From assembly GCA_963663225.1 (NCBI GenBank), contig OY760142.1, forward strand, positions 2,336,001-2,400,000: a stretch of 64,000 bases of DNA. The letters run 5' to 3'. The DNA comes from Nitrospirota bacterium. Its GTDB lineage: Bacteria; Nitrospirota; UBA9217. How positions within the stretch are numbered: the first letter of the stretch is position 1; each line of letters starts with the position of its first letter. The notes under the pieces were generated by a model that was not told the origin of the DNA, made no database searches, and worked only from the letters and a program-made list of their open reading frames with translations. Of this stretch, positions 60,927 to 64,000 are shown one piece after another. A program made the translations under genes and the position numbers.

Positions 60927-61810
60927 AACGCTGGTTTTATATCGCTGTTTTTCTTTTTATTGCTGCTATTCTTCATGTCTTTTCTCTTGGGAAAGCGGCT
61001 GACGCAATGAAACAACTGCCGCAGGGAGATGAACATGCTTTTGTTCTGCCAGCGCCGATTTTAAAAATTGCAAGTCTCGAGTTCCAGGGGCTTACATCAG
61101 ACGTGCTCTTTCTCAAAGCAATGGTTTTCATGGGCGGAACTTTTGACCGGAAAGAAAAACCGAGAATAAAGGACTGGGAATGGGTTTGGATGGAAAAGGT
61201 TCTGGACACTGCTACGGAACTGGATCCTTATTTTTTTGATCCTTATTATTTTGCAAACGCTTTTTTTACCTGGGACGCAGGAAAGGTGGATGAGACAAAC
61301 CGCATTCTTGAAAAGGGAAGCCGTTACCGGGACTGGGACTGGATGCTGCCTTTTTATATAGGTTTTAACAGTTTTTTTTTCCTGCAAGAAGATGAGAAAG
61401 CGGCAACGTTTCTGTATGAGGCTTCACGCCGGCCCGGAGGAGATCCACGGCTGGGCAGTTTGGCATCACGGTTTGCTTTTAAAGGCAACAGAACAGAGAC
61501 TGCCATTCTCTTCCTTGAAGAAATAGCTGATAAAACGAGTGACTACAGACTAAAAAAGCAATACGAAACCCGTATACGGGCCCTGCGTTCGATACTAGTT
61601 CTGGAAACAGCCGTTGTCACATATAAAAAGAAATTTGGCAAAAACCCATTGAAAATTGATGATCTGGTGGATCGGAACATCCTGAAGCGACTGCCTCAGG
61701 ATCCCTATGGCGGCACATACTATATAGCGCAGAACGGCATGGTCAAAAGCACCAATGTTTCTGAAATTGAACCTTATTTTTCACCCCTCCAGAAACGCAT
61801 GCGTCAGTAA
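60923..61810 (+). CDS. Membrane-anchored TPR-like pilus accessory protein (PilG-like)
   Basis: N-terminal TM; LDPYF...YY; helical repeats; C-terminal LP.DP.GG.Y motif. Confidence 0.6.
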   Translation: MKRWFYIAVFLFIAAILHVFSLGKAADAMKQLPQGDEHAFVLPAPILKIASLEFQGLTSDVLFLKAMVFMGGTFDRKEKPRIKDWEWVWMEKVLDTATELDPYFFDPYYFANAFFTWDAGKVDETNRILEKGSRYRDWDWMLPFYIGFNSFFFLQEDEKAATFLYEASRRPGGDPRLGSLASRFAFKGNRTETAILFLEEIADKTSDYRLKKQYETRIRALRSILVLETAVVTYKKKFGKNPLKIDDLVDRNILKRLPQDPYGGTYYIAQNGMVKSTNVSEIEPYFSPLQKRMRQ

Positions 61811-61812
61811 AT

Positions 61813-62235
61813 TCAGTTTTTTCTTCTTCGTTCCTCATGCCTGATATCAAGCTTCTTTAATTGTTCAATTCTCTTGTTCTGGTCGTTCAGCGCTTTCAAA
61901 ACCGCTATCCAGTTTTGTGCTTCCGCACTTCTTTTGTCGTTGGGATACAGTTTGACAAATGCTTCAAACTCATGGAAAGCCTGCGCGTAGTCTTTTTGCG
62001 AGTTATCGGCGGCCACGAGGGTCATTGCCAGTCCATAGCGGGCATCTGAGGCATAGAACGAGTCAGGGGCCTCCTGAAGGAATTCACGGTATGCAACAGC
62101 TGCATTTGAGTATTGTTTTTTCTTCAAATAATTGTCCGCGGCAGATATGCTCCTTGTTCCGGAGAGGACAGCGCAGGATGAAAGTGTTATTATAACAAAG
62201 TATGTGACCGCGATTGCAAGGAACTCCCGCTTCAT
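61813..62235 (-). CDS. TPR lipoprotein with C-terminal coiled coil
   Basis: Lipobox LSSC; BamD/YfiO-like TPR (YP.D...AEA..W); ends IEQLKKLDIRHEERRRK. Confidence 0.75.
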   Translation of the reverse strand: MKREFLAIAVTYFVIITLSSCAVLSGTRSISAADNYLKKKQYSNAAVAYREFLQEAPDSFYASDARYGLAMTLVAADNSQKDYAQAFHEFEAFVKLYPNDKRSAEAQNWIAVLKALNDQNKRIEQLKKLDIRHEERRRKN

Positions 62236-63635
62236 TACGACCTCCGCTTATCTACAACAAAAACACTCTTCGGAATCGTTTTTGCGTAGTCCTTCAGCTC
62301 GGCGGCAATTTCCGAAGCTTCCAGCGGATCGGAATAGGTCCGATGTTCATTCGTTACGATGGCGATGGAAATGGTCATGATCGGGAACTGCATTTCGATG
62401 CCCTGCCTTGTTTTCCCAAGAATATAGCCCCGCTTTTGGTCCTCGGGCTCGTAGAACTTAGGAATTCTGTTGTCGAATCTGCTGATGATTTCTCCTGCTA
62501 CTTCACGCATGACATCAGGTATTGTGATGACCACGAAATCGTCGCCTCCCACATGACCGATGAAGTCGTCGGAGGTCCCTTTTGCCTTTACCGAGGTTTC
62601 TATCAATCTTGCCGTTTCTTTTATTACTTCACTTCCGTTTGCATAGCCGTATCTATCATTGAATGCTTTAAAGTTGTCGAGATCAAGGACACAGAATGCG
62701 AGTGGCTGGCCTGATTCTATGCGTTTCTTAAGTACGTTTTCTATGGCAATGCCACCGGGAAGCCTGGTGAGCGGACTGGCATCCAGATACATTTCTTCAA
62801 GTTTCCGGAGCCGCTTCCCCATGGCAAGGAAAGCTTCCGAGAGGCTTCCGATTTCATCTTTCGTTTTTATCTTCGGATCGTAGTCAAAATCGCCCTCTGC
62901 GACATGCACGGTTGCCTCTTTTAGTTTATGAATGGACGAGGAAATATGGTGGGTCACTACAAACCCGGCCAGTGCGCCCGCAATAATGCTGAAGAGGCAG
63001 AGACCTGCTGTCGTAAGAAAGGCGGTATTGCCGATCGCCTGTATCTGCTTCATTTTTTCATCCTGTTCTGTGCGCGCAGCAGCAGACAGCATGCGTAGAT
63101 TGTCGAGGAGCTTTTCCAGCACCGTTTTCAATTCATGGTTAGATATTGCATTTGCCTCTTCAATCTTCTTCTTTCGAAGCAATTCCATTTCTTGTGAGAA
63201 AAGCTGGGTATATCGTTTGTGGAGTTTATCGATAATATCGAGTGCAGTAGCATCTGCGTCGGGATTTTTTTTAAGTGTGGCGAGCTGGGCGCTGAATTCC
63301 GCCCCCCTTTTTTCGAACAGGGAGCGGATATCCTTGCTTTTCAATATCAGATAACGCTTTTCGTACGTATCTTGGGCAAGTAGGGTATCGAGCATCTGGT
63401 CGGATGTTTCACTGATCATAATATCAACCTTGACGATGCTTCTGTTCAAACTGTTGATTCGTTCAAGGTTCACGAGAGCATATACGACGACAAAAACAGT
63501 CAGCGCCACGAGAGTCATATAACCCAAGAGCATTTTATTCGCGATATTGAGCCGGGCAAAAAGCCGTGAGGGGACAAGTTTATCCAGGATTTTTGGTGGA
63601 ATGGGTATATTTATTTTTTTCGGAAACAAACGCAC
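62235..63635 (-). CDS. Membrane diguanylate cyclase: TM-periplasmic helical bundle-TM-HAMP-GGDEF
   Basis: Two TMs; HAMP DEIGSL; SPLTRLPG; DLDNFK.FND.YG; GGDDF. Confidence 0.9.
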   Translation of the reverse strand: MRLFPKKINIPIPPKILDKLVPSRLFARLNIANKMLLGYMTLVALTVFVVVYALVNLERINSLNRSIVKVDIMISETSDQMLDTLLAQDTYEKRYLILKSKDIRSLFEKRGAEFSAQLATLKKNPDADATALDIIDKLHKRYTQLFSQEMELLRKKKIEEANAISNHELKTVLEKLLDNLRMLSAAARTEQDEKMKQIQAIGNTAFLTTAGLCLFSIIAGALAGFVVTHHISSSIHKLKEATVHVAEGDFDYDPKIKTKDEIGSLSEAFLAMGKRLRKLEEMYLDASPLTRLPGGIAIENVLKKRIESGQPLAFCVLDLDNFKAFNDRYGYANGSEVIKETARLIETSVKAKGTSDDFIGHVGGDDFVVITIPDVMREVAGEIISRFDNRIPKFYEPEDQKRGYILGKTRQGIEMQFPIMTISIAIVTNEHRTYSDPLEASEIAAELKDYAKTIPKSVFVVDKRRS

Positions 63636-63641
63636 GGATCA

Positions 63642-63670
63642 AGAGTAACAAACATTTATAGCGTTGTCAA
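63642..63670 (-). promoter_or_regulatory. Sigma70 promoter of the GGDEF gene (probably leaderless)
   Basis: Minus strand TTGACA-17-TACTCT with TG extension, 6 nt before GTG 63635. Confidence 0.6.
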
Positions 63671-63999
63671 TTATTTAGTGTGCTTGTGCCTGAAGTCTGC
63701 GGAGCCTCATCCCGTGGCTGCTGCTCTTCATCGTCAGCCGCTCGTTCTTCACAATATTTTCTTGGTTCCGTGCCGGGCAGAAATGCTTCACGGATGGAAG
63801 ATTTGCAGCTGTCAGTGCATAGGAGCCCTGTTTTAGGTTCCACTTGCTTAAAGATGATGCCTTCAGGCACCGGAAAATCTTCCGGCTGGCGTCCGGCCTG
63901 AGTTTTTTTCATGAATTCAAGCCAGAGGGGAAGCGCAGCGCGTGCACCGGTTTCCTTCGATCCGATGCTCGAATGATCATCATAGCCTACCCAAACGCC
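63667..63999 (-). CDS. Class A penicillin-binding protein 1A, 3' end only
   Basis: Frame open to the window edge: GVWVGYDD..SIG..ETGARAALPLW..FM; EAFLPGTEP. Confidence 0.88.
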   Translation of the reverse strand, partial: GVWVGYDDHSSIGSKETGARAALPLWLEFMKKTQAGRQPEDFPVPEGIIFKQVEPKTGLLCTDSCKSSIREAFLPGTEPRKYCEERAADDEEQQPRDEAPQTSGTSTLNN

Positions 64000-64000
64000 T

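Overview
Gene-dense core-chromosome window from a diderm bacterium, most likely Nitrospirota or a Desulfobacterota/deltaproteobacterium-like lineage (inferred from the futalosine pathway, lpxI, Geobacter/Myxococcus-type pilin locus and Sec usage). From left to right it contains: glucosylglycerate osmolyte genes; copZ; a HesB/IscA-like selenoprotein missed by the ORF track (in-frame TGA plus SECIS hairpin); fabF/argA-like/hemW; and a bamA-skp-lpxD-fabZ-lpxA-lpxI-gnnA-gnnB-lpxB-msbA-waaA-lpxK-gmhB-waaF envelope operon. Next comes a ~20 kb AT-rich glycan locus with a CDP-3-C-methyl-6-deoxysugar module and a GDP-heptose module (C4-oxidase, PLP C3-dehydratase, reductase, atypical split transketolase, GtrB/flippase/GT-C transfer trio). 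The right end holds a BirA-regulated bioB-bioW-bioF-fabG-bioD operon, DUF62-miaB-mtaB, mqnC/mqnE/deaminase, a sigma54 type IV pilin with pilH/I/G-like genes, a lipoprotein plus membrane HAMP-GGDEF pair, and the 3' end of PBP1A. No rRNA, tRNA, CRISPR or mobile element was recognised. The best novelty candidates are the predicted 3-deoxy/branched heptose system with lipid-carrier transfer, the QseE/QseG-like module wired to a diguanylate cyclase, the selenoprotein, and several apparently leaderless genes. Family comparisons are from recalled motifs, not database searches.
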